Origin: a virus
IMG/VR virus record: IMGVR_UViG_3300033049_000041
Coordinates: 1 to 64,000 of that record
Strand: one strand, 5' to 3'
DNA: 64,000 bases
Shown here: one piece after another, positions 1-9,746 of the stretch
How positions within the stretch are numbered: position 1 is the first letter of the stretch
Layout of the letters: every line of letters starts with the position of its first letter
Position numbers and translations under genes: made by a program
The notes under the pieces: model-generated
The model's database searches: none
What the model was told of the DNA's origin: nothing
What the model saw: the letters and a program-made list of their open reading frames with translations, nothing else

Positions 1-321
1 ATCATCAGCTTCTATTCCATTTATTATCTGAAAGTTATAGGTATCTTGCAACTCCTGCTTTATCTTATAGAAATAAGGAAACTTATCTAGGATGTTGTCT
101 TTATTTCTATTCCCTTTGTATGGTGCAGTAACAGCTACTTGATAGCGATAATTACCTTTACCATCAATAAATCCAATATATCTATCTGTGTTTAGATTCT
201 CCAAAGTACCAGCAATATGGTCTTTTAGTGACCTTTTATAATCAGGATTATTACCGTGAATATAAAGGAAACATGAAGCATCAAATAATACGATTGGTTT
301 ATTTACTAAATGTATTTGCAT
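1..321 (-). CDS. 5'-3' exonuclease (T7 gp6/FEN-like), partial, runs off the window start
   Basis: Manual translation from ATG 321: MQIHLVNKPIVLFDAS...NYRYQVAVTAPYKGNR...GIEADD; YKGNR and EADD are FEN/5'-nuclease motifs. Confidence 0.85.
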   Translation of the reverse strand, partial: MQIHLVNKPIVLFDASCFLYIHGNNPDYKRSLKDHIAGTLENLNTDRYIGFIDGKGNYRYQVAVTAPYKGNRNKDNILDKFPYFYKIKQELQDTYNFQIINGIEADD

Positions 322-344
322 TATAAATGTTAATACGTTATTTT

Positions 345-1034
345 CTAATTAAGCAAGTCTAGATATTGTTCTGATGACAATCTAGTCCAACCTAAAGCTC
401 TTTCTTTTAAAGTTTTCTCTGTAAGCCAATAGCTCTTTGGAGTAAACGTATTTGCAAACAATCCTTTAGTTTTCTCAAAGGGCATACATTTATTTACATA
501 TATTTTATGCAATAAGTATGTTAGCTTCTGCAGTAAAGGAAATTTAACTGCTGTACTATTTTGTCTTGATGCGAATGTACCTTTAATCTCAATGCACGTA
601 AATATAGTAGATACAGGAATACCATCCTCCGTATCATCTATTAGTAATCGTTCACCTAAGAACATCCTTCGTCTAGTCTCATTAAAATTGGCAGTTAGTT
701 TACTACCTCCTATAATTGCAAATTTATCTAATGCTTTCTCATGCCATAATACATTAAAATCAGGTGTGTAATGCATACCTTTCATTATACTGTATTGGGT
801 AGGTTTGATACTTACAGTCTTTACCTTAGTCTTTTTATGTACTTTAGTAATAACTTTATCGAACTCCATGAAAACACTGTCAGTCAAATCATACTGAGGT
901 TGCATCTCTATGGCATATATATAACCAGCTTCTTTTAATTCAAGAAGCCAGTCATAGAAATACCCTTCTTCTTTAGAGATTTTCGTCTCATCATAGCCCA
1001 ATTCTTTGAATTTAAGCCTTAGTTGCTTCATCAC
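345..1034 (-). CDS. PD-(D/E)xK nuclease (DUF1064-like, possible resolvase)
   Basis: QPQYDL, YTPDF and IEIKG motifs. Confidence 0.65.
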   Translation of the reverse strand: MMKQLRLKFKELGYDETKISKEEGYFYDWLLELKEAGYIYAIEMQPQYDLTDSVFMEFDKVITKVHKKTKVKTVSIKPTQYSIMKGMHYTPDFNVLWHEKALDKFAIIGGSKLTANFNETRRRMFLGERLLIDDTEDGIPVSTIFTCIEIKGTFASRQNSTAVKFPLLQKLTYLLHKIYVNKCMPFEKTKGLFANTFTPKSYWLTEKTLKERALGWTRLSSEQYLDLLN

Positions 1035-1890
1035 TTGTGTATTTGATGATATTTTGAGTACGTAACTCAGGGGAATCCCCTTCTATTTCTTTCGTAAACA
1101 CATCACCGTCAAAGCTAATGTCTATACAAGTAGCTAATGTACCTGTAGTTTCCAATACAATTGCATCAGAATAATAGTTATTAGTGTATACGTATGCTTG
1201 CTTTGGAGTAAATCCAGGTAAGTATAACGAGTCTTTATGTATTAACACAATATCCTCTTTATCTTTACAATACTCTTCTAATTCTTCTTGAGTATTAATT
1301 AGAGTAGGAGATACCACATCAACTATACCTTCTAACTCTGTCAATAGTCTTTGACGTATCTCGTAAGGAGTATCTAATAGTAGTACATCATGCACTATAA
1401 TAGTTTCCTTATTAAGGTAGCAGTTAAACGGATTTCTTAACACTTTAAATATCTCTACAGCTTGCTTAGAGAACTTACCACTAGGTAGATGTTTTACACC
1501 TCTATATGACCCATTAAAGAACACGTTTTCAAAACCTTTTGGCTCTTCATGTGCATATAATGGATAGGTTAAGTTTTCTATAGAATCAATACCTTGGTTG
1601 ATTTTACAGGTCATCAGTGTACCATCTTTATAAGTATTGAACTTATTTTCGATAGCCTTATAGTAGTCTGTTTTCCAACCACGTTTAGTTAAAGCAGAGG
1701 TTATACCACTAATGAAATTGATATAGTCTTTAGCAGAATCATAAATAGTGGTATGAATAATAGCACCATCATCTTCAAATCCTACGACACCTCTAGATAC
1801 TACTAACTTAACCTGTTTGTCTATTTTAGTAGCATAGAAGGTTAAGTCTCTTATTCTACCATTATTGTTTTTTTTAAAGAATATTTTCAT
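1012..1890 (-). CDS. ATP-dependent DNA ligase-like protein, apparently catalytically degenerate
   Basis: Collinear similarity to the ligase at 22313-23467, but motif I reads YAHEEPKG instead of KxDG; start taken at ATG 1890. Confidence 0.5.
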   Translation of the reverse strand: MKIFFKKNNNGRIRDLTFYATKIDKQVKLVVSRGVVGFEDDGAIIHTTIYDSAKDYINFISGITSALTKRGWKTDYYKAIENKFNTYKDGTLMTCKINQGIDSIENLTYPLYAHEEPKGFENVFFNGSYRGVKHLPSGKFSKQAVEIFKVLRNPFNCYLNKETIIVHDVLLLDTPYEIRQRLLTELEGIVDVVSPTLINTQEELEEYCKDKEDIVLIHKDSLYLPGFTPKQAYVYTNNYYSDAIVLETTGTLATCIDISFDGDVFTKEIEGDSPELRTQNIIKYTSDEATKA

Positions 1891-1981
1891 ATTTACTTGT
1901 GTTAAGATATTGTTTTGCCACATAAAATAAGCAACAAAAACCAGTTGTCTTTGTTGCTTACATTATTTTTAAATAGGTTAT

Positions 1982-3259
1982 TTATTTACCGAATCCAATA
2001 CTTTTGGATTTTTCCTTAATTTGTTTCCCAAGTTTACTTTCGTAGTTTAATACGTCTGCTAGAGTCATATCACAACAACCGTTCTCTGTGCCTAACAATT
2101 TATCTACTTTAGTAGCTTCAAGTTCTGTAAACTCATACTCCAGAATTAGTCTTCCTTTTCTTGTTAGTGCATCGTCTATATTAGTAAGCTTAGTATTAAG
2201 TGTAATAATAATCTGAATATTCAGACAATCGGACAACAGTCCATCACTTAAATTTAATAAAGTAGACACAGCACTATTATCAGAGTTACTATCTCGTTTC
2301 TTTACAATCTTCTCACCATCTTCTACAATTAGAATACTGTTTGGATTGTTCATCAATAACTCAATGAATCCAGGTTCTCCCAATCTAATAGCTAACGCCA
2401 AGGGTATAAATATAAACTTCTTATTAATAACATCACCTAACGTAGTAAGATGACGAATGTAAGATGTTTTACCCGAGCCTTTAATACCATGTAGAATTAA
2501 TATACCTTTAGACTTCTCTTTGGATAGAGCTTCTACTATTAATTCATGTACTGGTTTAAAGTTATCATTATAGTAATCGAAGTTTAGCTCATTAGGACTT
2601 AAGTTAAAAGACCTAATATCAAAACCATTTGAAGTAGCTATAACTAAATTTAATTTCCCTTGCGTAGGAGATACCTTATCTATTACAGTTTTAGTAGCTA
2701 ACAATTGCTCCTTTAACCAACATTGCTCCTCAATAGTATCGCATGCAAAAAAACCATCTAATAATGGTAAGTAACGTATATATTTGATATTACTGTTCCT
2801 CTTCTGTAACTCTTTTTCTTCTTCTTCGTCTATAATAACTTGATGTACCTCAACCGAACTAACTTGGTAATAAATATTTTTACTTCTATGCTTTAGTAGC
2901 ATTGAACTATGTAAATAGTATCTATCCTTTTCAATTAAAGATATACTGTCTTTACCTTGGTAATCTTCTAATTTAACAGTTAGATTACTATATGATGCTA
3001 CTCCTTCAAATCCAAAGTTAATTAAATCTGATACTAATATACCATTACTATTAATAATAATACGATTATTAGTAAGTATAATTAATGCTACTATTGGTTC
3101 ATGGCTACCCTTAGCAGCAAAGTATTCCATAGAATAATTTAAGTCACTAGGTTTAGTAGCTGATATGGTATGAATGCCTAACGGAGATTCAACCATTTCT
3201 CTATTAACATAGACTGATGCCTTTAAGTTCTCTTCTTTTCCCTTTTCCACTATTTCCAT
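1982..3259 (-). CDS. AAA+ ATPase
   Basis: Walker A GIKGSGKT, Walker B LIVEDGE, LLNLSDGLL, Arg finger TRKGRL. Confidence 0.85.
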   Translation of the reverse strand: MEIVEKGKEENLKASVYVNREMVESPLGIHTISATKPSDLNYSMEYFAAKGSHEPIVALIILTNNRIIINSNGILVSDLINFGFEGVASYSNLTVKLEDYQGKDSISLIEKDRYYLHSSMLLKHRSKNIYYQVSSVEVHQVIIDEEEEKELQKRNSNIKYIRYLPLLDGFFACDTIEEQCWLKEQLLATKTVIDKVSPTQGKLNLVIATSNGFDIRSFNLSPNELNFDYYNDNFKPVHELIVEALSKEKSKGILILHGIKGSGKTSYIRHLTTLGDVINKKFIFIPLALAIRLGEPGFIELLMNNPNSILIVEDGEKIVKKRDSNSDNSAVSTLLNLSDGLLSDCLNIQIIITLNTKLTNIDDALTRKGRLILEYEFTELEATKVDKLLGTENGCCDMTLADVLNYESKLGKQIKEKSKSIGFGK

Positions 3260-4349
3260 TACTTATAGGAGTATTAAATAAATTGTTTACAAATGTTTTA
3301 AACTCTACACCTAAATGTTCTTTATACTCTGCAAAGTCTTTTAATTTATCTTCCACATCAGTTTCTAATTTAGGTAGCATTTTATATTTCAAGTCATGTA
3401 ACTCACTGTAACGTTTAGACCACCTTTTACCAGCAGTATCTCTATCATAGCAATATACAATCTTCTTAAATCGTTTCTTTATATCATTCATTATATATCC
3501 AGGAATATCCATTCCTTCACCTTGAGGTGCTATTGCATTGATACCATTAGCTACTAATACTAATAAATCTTTCATAGAGGATGCAATAACTAATAAATTA
3601 CCCGTTGCAGGTAATTGGTCATAACCTTGTACATTACAATCTTTGATATTTGATTCCCATTTCTCAGCTTTGTTAATTGTTAATGGTTTATATATCTTTA
3701 CTGCTATTATACCTTTACATTCAAATTGATAGCAGTAACATGGATTACTAGGATTGCCTTGGAAGTTATAAGATTCTTGAAAGGTAATTCTATCCCATTT
3801 CCTTTTGAAGTATGAGTTAACTGGGTAAATTTTGTACCTCATCAGTAGATTTAGACTTATACCAAACCGTTTAGTCCAGTAGTCATAATCTATTTGCAAC
3901 CATTTCCTAGTTTTTACTTTATAATGGAATCGTTGCAACTTCAATTTATCTTTAGCTTTTAACACTTGTTTATCTTTCTCAGATAATGTGTTCTTCTTAC
4001 CCTTAATCTTTTGAATATAGTCAGCACGCAATGGAGTGACTCTACTACTTGTTTTAAGCTCTAATCCAAAATCATTATTAATTTGAACTAATGTATTTCT
4101 AAAATCTTTTCCCAATCCTAACATGGCTATCTTAAAGCAGTCTCCGCCATACTCAGGAAAAGAGTTATCAAAAAATATTAAATTACCTTTACTACTGTAT
4201 GCAAAATAACAACCACGTTTACTATCGACTCTAAATGGATTGAAATACTTACTTCTAAATTCAACAGAACTAGGAAAGTATCGTTCCATTATCATTCTCT
4301 GGTCGATTAATCTTAATATATTCTTGGTAGTTAAAGTAAACTCATTCAC
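3204..4349 (-). CDS. DNA primase (TOPRIM, Crassvirales-like)
   Basis: NPFRVD...GGDCF N-terminus, SSMKD, APQGE and YDRDTAG TOPRIM motifs. Confidence 0.8.
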   Translation of the reverse strand: MNEFTLTTKNILRLIDQRMIMERYFPSSVEFRSKYFNPFRVDSKRGCYFAYSSKGNLIFFDNSFPEYGGDCFKIAMLGLGKDFRNTLVQINNDFGLELKTSSRVTPLRADYIQKIKGKKNTLSEKDKQVLKAKDKLKLQRFHYKVKTRKWLQIDYDYWTKRFGISLNLLMRYKIYPVNSYFKRKWDRITFQESYNFQGNPSNPCYCYQFECKGIIAVKIYKPLTINKAEKWESNIKDCNVQGYDQLPATGNLLVIASSMKDLLVLVANGINAIAPQGEGMDIPGYIMNDIKKRFKKIVYCYDRDTAGKRWSKRYSELHDLKYKMLPKLETDVEDKLKDFAEYKEHLGVEFKTFVNNLFNTPISNGNSGKGKRRELKGISLC

Positions 4350-4372
4350 ACTACTATATTTAGATAGTAAAC

Positions 4373-4404
4373 AAAAAGCAAGGGGTAATTAATACCCCTT
4401 GCTT
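4373..4404 (-). terminator. Rho-independent terminator
   Basis: Minus strand AAGCAAGGGGTA-TTAAT-TACCCCTTGCTT followed by a T run. Confidence 0.75.
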
Positions 4405-4412
4405 ATATCTTT

Positions 4413-5459
4413 TTATCCGAAATCTCCATCTCCAAATGCAGCTCCAAAATCTTCACTTTCTAAGTCTGCTTCCATTTCTTCGGTATCAACAGATGTTTCT
4501 TCAACATTTGCCATAGCGTCAATAGCAGCTTGTGCAGCTTTAATCGGATCATACACTTGGAACTGTGTACTTTCTTGAGTTGCAGCACGGAAACCTTCTC
4601 CTAAAAGAGATTCCTTAGCATCTTTAGACAAGTCACGTCCTTCTTTACCAAAGCAGTTGTTTACGTATTGATTAGTAAATACTTCTTGGTTGTAGTAAGG
4701 ATTACCTTCACTATCTGTAGCTTCAGATTCTCTAACACCTAGCATGATAGCAATCTTACGAGAACGACCATCTTCATGTGAGAAGAATTTGAATGACTTA
4801 GACTCAGGGTCTAACAAATCATTCAATGGAGTCATATCGCCATTGACAATATCACAGAATGTTTCGGTTGGATCTTCTCCTAGTTTAAATCCAGTAATAG
4901 GATTTTCTTTTGTACCTGACAACTTAAACATTGCATAAAGCAAGTTGTATAGTAGTACTTCTCCAATCTTAGCTGGACGAGCAGTTTCAGTATCAAACCA
5001 ATCCATCTTAGTGTTAGACTTGATAACATCTAAGTTATCTGCCCAAGTAGACTGCAAGCTTTGATTAATAAAACGATGTTTACCACTCTTAGAAATCTCA
5101 TCTTTATCTGAGATTGCGAAATCTAAACTAATATATTTGTCGTCAACATATTCTTTCTTTATAACATTCCCATCTTCGTCTTTATCACAAAGTAATTCAT
5201 TTGGATGAATCTTCATTAAGAGTTCCAACTTAGTTTGTGGACTTTTATCTTTAAAGTCTTTATACACACCAAGATATTTTGGTTCTCTTTCCTTTGCTTG
5301 ACGTGCAGGTGGAATGTCCTTAATCTCTATGATTTGTTGTTTTGTTGGGTTAAATGCCAACGGTGTAGCGTCTACAATTCCTGTAAATGCTGCCTTGTAA
5401 TTGATACCTCCACCTTCTGGTGCGGTAAATACTTCTCCTCCTTGTGGATTGAAATCCAT
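4413..5459 (-). CDS. Putative single-stranded DNA-binding protein
   Basis: Position in the replication module and acidic, Phe-containing C-terminal tail (EDFGAAFGDGDFG). Confidence 0.45.
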   Translation of the reverse strand: MDFNPQGGEVFTAPEGGGINYKAAFTGIVDATPLAFNPTKQQIIEIKDIPPARQAKEREPKYLGVYKDFKDKSPQTKLELLMKIHPNELLCDKDEDGNVIKKEYVDDKYISLDFAISDKDEISKSGKHRFINQSLQSTWADNLDVIKSNTKMDWFDTETARPAKIGEVLLYNLLYAMFKLSGTKENPITGFKLGEDPTETFCDIVNGDMTPLNDLLDPESKSFKFFSHEDGRSRKIAIMLGVRESEATDSEGNPYYNQEVFTNQYVNNCFGKEGRDLSKDAKESLLGEGFRAATQESTQFQVYDPIKAAQAAIDAMANVEETSVDTEEMEADLESEDFGAAFGDGDFG

Positions 5460-5481
5460 AGTATAAACTTATTGAAAGTTT

Positions 5482-5514
5482 AAACACAAAGGCACACCAT
5501 TTTAGATGTGCCTT
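5482..5514 (-). terminator. Rho-independent terminator
   Basis: AAGGCACA/TGTGCCTT hairpin with T-rich tail on the minus strand. Confidence 0.55.
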
Positions 5515-5547
5515 GTCTATTTTTTATGTAATATTTCTATTACGGTA

Positions 5548-6291
5548 CTATCTGTTCTTCTCGTTAGTATTGATAGTAATACCACTTCCAGCCTCAGCCA
5601 CACGAGCATGGTTATTAAGAATATCCTGAGTTCTCTGGTCTGACTTAACAAGTTGATTCTCTAAGAATACAATTTGATTCTGAAGTTGTGTAATCTCTGC
5701 TACATTAGAAGATTGCTCTTTCTCATGAGTCAACTTAAGCGTAGTGATTTCAGCATCTTTATCACGTGCTACACGATGCTCAGTCATTTTCTTAGCTTTA
5801 GCCACTTCACCTTTCAATACTTCTGCAGCATTGGTAAGTTCAGCTTCCATCTCTAGCTTCTCTTCTGAAGACAAGTAAGCTAAATCAAATTCATTAAGCA
5901 AACCTTGCAATGTAACTTCTTTAGACGCTTTAATAGCCAAATCAAATGTAACTTGGAAATCATTTACTGCAACTGTATGGTCTTTATCCAATTGGGCAAG
6001 TTTATCTTCCAGCTCCTTAATTTTAGCTGTACGAGACTCTAACTCAGTAGCTTCTAATTCTTTTAGCTCTTTAGTTTTCTCTTGAATTTCGTAGTACTTA
6101 GCAGTAAGCAATTCATTCATTGAAACTGAAGCTTTATCGAAACCAGCCAAAGTATCTACTAATTTCTTTTCTGCTCCATTTAGTGCAGCTACTTGCTTCT
6201 CTAATAAAGACTTTGCTTGTTGTTCTCCAGATTGAGCTGTTGCTCTATTTGTACTTGTTGTTGCTCTCTTAGCCATTCTTATAAAAATCAT
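5548..6291 (-). CDS. Coiled-coil hypothetical protein
   Basis: 247 aa, heptad-rich in K/E/L/A. Confidence 0.7.
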   Translation of the reverse strand: MIFIRMAKRATTSTNRATAQSGEQQAKSLLEKQVAALNGAEKKLVDTLAGFDKASVSMNELLTAKYYEIQEKTKELKELEATELESRTAKIKELEDKLAQLDKDHTVAVNDFQVTFDLAIKASKEVTLQGLLNEFDLAYLSSEEKLEMEAELTNAAEVLKGEVAKAKKMTEHRVARDKDAEITTLKLTHEKEQSSNVAEITQLQNQIVFLENQLVKSDQRTQDILNNHARVAEAGSGITINTNEKNR

Positions 6292-6363
6292 TGTATGGAT
6301 AACGTATTATCCATTGTAAAAGGGTGTGGGTAACTTAATACCCACTCTATTTTTTTATACTTA

Positions 6364-6924
6364 TTAATCTAAAGTAACTTCAGCAGTTTCACCTGCATGC
6401 TCAAGGTTAACTTCCTCATCCTCACTTGGTGGACTAATAATGGTAGTTTCCTCATTGCCTTCAGAAGGTGTATATTCTTCTAATAACCAGTATGTTTCAT
6501 CATACTGAGATGCTAGTGTAAACATTTTCTCACAGTTTTCTGCTGCTTTAGAATGAAATACACTAATATAATTATGATACTTTGAACTCATAGCACGTCT
6601 AGTATTAAGATTGATACTAGCAGTATCTAACTTAATAGCCTTAGTGTTCACTTGTCGAACATAAGGGACTGTCTTTGCTAAGGTCTTATAAATAAATAAA
6701 GCTTCTTGTGTTTGCTCTTCATCTTTATAACCTTTAATAATACCAATACGATTTTCTTCTTCTGTCAACCCTAATGCTTTAATAGCTTGAGGTGATAAAG
6801 TAATCATACGACTTTCTTTTTCTTCTACTTTATTCAATGAAATGATTGACATTTCAGGATAAAGGTCAACTGGTGCTTTTACTTTAAAAGTAGTTTCCTT
6901 TGCTTGTACAGGACTAAATTTCAT
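6364..6924 (-). CDS. Hypothetical protein
   Basis: 186 aa ORF in co-oriented array, acidic tail. Confidence 0.7.
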   Translation of the reverse strand: MKFSPVQAKETTFKVKAPVDLYPEMSIISLNKVEEKESRMITLSPQAIKALGLTEEENRIGIIKGYKDEEQTQEALFIYKTLAKTVPYVRQVNTKAIKLDTASINLNTRRAMSSKYHNYISVFHSKAAENCEKMFTLASQYDETYWLLEEYTPSEGNEETTIISPPSEDEEVNLEHAGETAEVTLD

Positions 6925-6970
6925 TATTTATCTTTTGATAAATGTATCTCTTTGTAGCATTGCTACTCTA

Positions 6971-7822
6971 TTATTTGTCATCAATGTAAATATCATCCCA
7001 GTGAGTTTCTGTAATGTTAAAGTCGCTGTCTTCTTCCATCATTAGAACATCTCTACCTTTTAAATGACTACATCTTGAACCACAGGTATCATCCGTGGAT
7101 TTGAAATTAATATAAGTTTTATTCTTCTTACGATATACATATCCAATTGCATCTGAACTTGCAGAAACAATTTGTGCAATTCTACCAGTAAGATATAAGT
7201 CATGTGATGTGGTTTCCTTACCAGCCTTATCAACTAACTTATCTTTTAAATGGGCAATTAAAATAATATCAGGCGCTAGCTCATCAATCAATTTCAACCA
7301 ATCCGAAAATGCTAATCTAAGCCATAAATAACCAGCTCCTTGAGCTAATGTCAATACTGACTCCCATTTGTTCCTTGGTAGCATATTTCCATCCTTACGA
7401 CCTCCTTCACGGTTAAAGGATTTACCTTGTACCGACTGCATATACTTCATTGTTGCAAAATCCTCGCACCATTCTTCTAACTGAGTAGCAGTATCAACTA
7501 CAACTCTTTTATATGGATATTTACCAGTCTTAGTTTTGACTTTCTTAATCTCTACTATAATCTCACTCAAGTAAAACTTACGAGCATTTAAACGTTTTTC
7601 CTTTACTGCTGCAGTTTCTTTAAATGGTTGTAATCCAATTATATCCACTGACATAATATTACTCAGATGGTCAGTACCACCCTTTTCCATATTGAGTATT
7701 AAAGTATTATTTAGCTGACCCACTAATGTAGTTTTACCACATTTAGGTTTTCCATAAATAATTAATCTCTTTGGATTCAAACGAAGCGGCTCCGTTCTTA
7801 CTTCTGTTGGCAAAATATTCAT
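6971..7822 (-). CDS. AAA_24 / Sak4-like ATPase
   Basis: IYGKPKCGKTT Walker A, VVVDT, ILIAH, SDAIGY. Confidence 0.8.
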   Translation of the reverse strand: MNILPTEVRTEPLRLNPKRLIIYGKPKCGKTTLVGQLNNTLILNMEKGGTDHLSNIMSVDIIGLQPFKETAAVKEKRLNARKFYLSEIIVEIKKVKTKTGKYPYKRVVVDTATQLEEWCEDFATMKYMQSVQGKSFNREGGRKDGNMLPRNKWESVLTLAQGAGYLWLRLAFSDWLKLIDELAPDIILIAHLKDKLVDKAGKETTSHDLYLTGRIAQIVSASSDAIGYVYRKKNKTYINFKSTDDTCGSRCSHLKGRDVLMMEEDSDFNITETHWDDIYIDDK

Positions 7823-7915
7823 CTACTTCCTATTCTATCCTCTACCCTATTCCCTCTCTTTCTTTATACAAATATACGATATTCTATCGTCAAATACACC
7901 TACGTATTACAGACA

Positions 7916-9136
7916 TTAAGCACTGTTCTTCAATAAGTTAGCTGAAATCTTTTTATAAATTTCAGGATTATATTTGTTTATTTGTTTCATCACTTCTATG
8001 GTCTTAATATGCATTGCACCTCGTAAATCTAATATACGTTGATAGTCCAATGTAGTCATATTTCTGACTAAGTTAAGTTCCTCAAAGTGAGCATTCTCTC
8101 CAATATATAAAAGACCTACTCTCTTATTAACTGCACCATGTCGATTCTTCAATACTCCAATACATCTAAATCGTTCACCTAATCTAAGGATGTCATATCC
8201 CATAAACTTGTTTAAAGCTGACACTGCAGCAATATGATTCATAGGATTAAAGATAGTTAATACAACAGAGCTATCTTGCTCTAACATACCAGTCTCTTTA
8301 ATATCACTCATTTTAGGGAATACTTCTCCCATCTTAGCTCTATTCATATCCGACATACCTCTATTAGCATGACTAATATTAATAGGGCTATAGTTAAGTA
8401 AATCTCTATATCTATATCGACAATTAGCTGAATGGTCATCAATAGTAGATTTTGTACTAGACTTTCCATTAATGGGCATCACTTTGATATTACCTACAGT
8501 ATCGAATATAGGAATAACAAATTCATTAGGATTATTAGGCTTATACCTATCTTCTCCATTCTTATCTTTACTAAAAGTACCATTCGCTTTAGCAAATAAG
8601 TCTATGTCTCTAGCTATATCAGCAGAAGACCTAGGTGAATCTACTATTACCAAGTTACCATCCGCTTCCAATTTATCAAAGTAATTCTTATAACTTCTAA
8701 TCAAGTAAGCGATTGGTTTACTAACTTTATATCCTTCTATTCTATTATAGATATAATCAGGACTAATGATGATTTTATAATCTTTATAAATCTTGAAACA
8801 AATCATCTTAGCTATAACGTCACGCTTTACAACCTCTAAACTATATAACAATATCTTAACAGATATTCGATTTATTTTCTTTGCAGGTTCTTTCATCGAA
8901 GTATCTTCATCTACTTTCTTATTATGTGCAATCATATGATCTAACGTATTGATTACAAATGTACTCCAAACAAATGAAGATTTTCCTGTACCACCTTCAG
9001 AGAATAAAGTATAATACCTACCTCTATGAATACCATTTAGTATTCGTTCCAATCTAGGAAATCCAATCGGTAAACCTCGGTTTCTACCAGCTAAACCTTC
9101 TTGAAATGTTTCCCAAAAATCATCATAAAATCCCAT
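7916..9136 (-). CDS. dnaB: DnaB-like replicative helicase
   Basis: GLPIGFPRLE, GGTGKSS, YSLE, ISHANR, DIKETGMLEQD, KNRHG motifs. Confidence 0.85.
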   Translation of the reverse strand: MGFYDDFWETFQEGLAGRNRGLPIGFPRLERILNGIHRGRYYTLFSEGGTGKSSFVWSTFVINTLDHMIAHNKKVDEDTSMKEPAKKINRISVKILLYSLEVVKRDVIAKMICFKIYKDYKIIISPDYIYNRIEGYKVSKPIAYLIRSYKNYFDKLEADGNLVIVDSPRSSADIARDIDLFAKANGTFSKDKNGEDRYKPNNPNEFVIPIFDTVGNIKVMPINGKSSTKSTIDDHSANCRYRYRDLLNYSPINISHANRGMSDMNRAKMGEVFPKMSDIKETGMLEQDSSVVLTIFNPMNHIAAVSALNKFMGYDILRLGERFRCIGVLKNRHGAVNKRVGLLYIGENAHFEELNLVRNMTTLDYQRILDLRGAMHIKTIEVMKQINKYNPEIYKKISANLLKNSA

Positions 9137-9682
9137 CTAAATATCTTCAAAGACACTAAAAGTATCAGATGTTTCCTCTAATCCAAACTCATCATCCAAT
9201 AAAACTTCTTCACAATAAGTTAACAAAGTTCTTCTAGTCTCTACTTTACCTTCGTCATTAATGACTCTCTTTTTTATAAAATAGTCAGCTTGTTCTAAGT
9301 AAGTCATATCACCTTTTAGTGATTCAAAATACTTGTCTCTAGCTCTAAATACGTGTTCTTTAGTATAACTCGGTTGCAGCTTAAAGAATTCATCCATATT
9401 ATTGATGCATTTCTCTTTACTACCCATAGCTTTTGCTCGTTTACCTCGCCATTTCTTACGCCAAAGCATAATCCAATCTTCTACAGTCTCATTACTTTTA
9501 CTTGCTACGTCTACTTTATCTAGTTTAGAAAGAATTTCACCTTCTTTTACTTGTACTTCTACATCTTTATTAAACTGAGTAAGAGGATTATACAATGTAA
9601 TAATAAAGCCATCCCCTAAAGGAGATACAATTCTACTTTTGATTAATTCATCTAGCTCCTCTTTAGTGGTCACTAATACCAT
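9137..9682 (-). CDS. Hypothetical protein, possible replication accessory factor
   Basis: 181 aa, abuts dnaB. Confidence 0.7.
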   Translation of the reverse strand: MVLVTTKEELDELIKSRIVSPLGDGFIITLYNPLTQFNKDVEVQVKEGEILSKLDKVDVASKSNETVEDWIMLWRKKWRGKRAKAMGSKEKCINNMDEFFKLQPSYTKEHVFRARDKYFESLKGDMTYLEQADYFIKKRVINDEGKVETRRTLLTYCEEVLLDDEFGLEETSDTFSVFEDI

Positions 9683-9746
9683 TCTAAAATCTTTTTTTAC
9701 TTACTATCTTGGTGCTTAATTTTTAATAGAAATCAAGCTCTTTTTC

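Noticed and set aside
7869-7894. Second Bacteroidota promoter (TATATTTG)
   Set aside because: The upstream TTTG is only 14 nt away, shorter than the usual spacing; too weak to call
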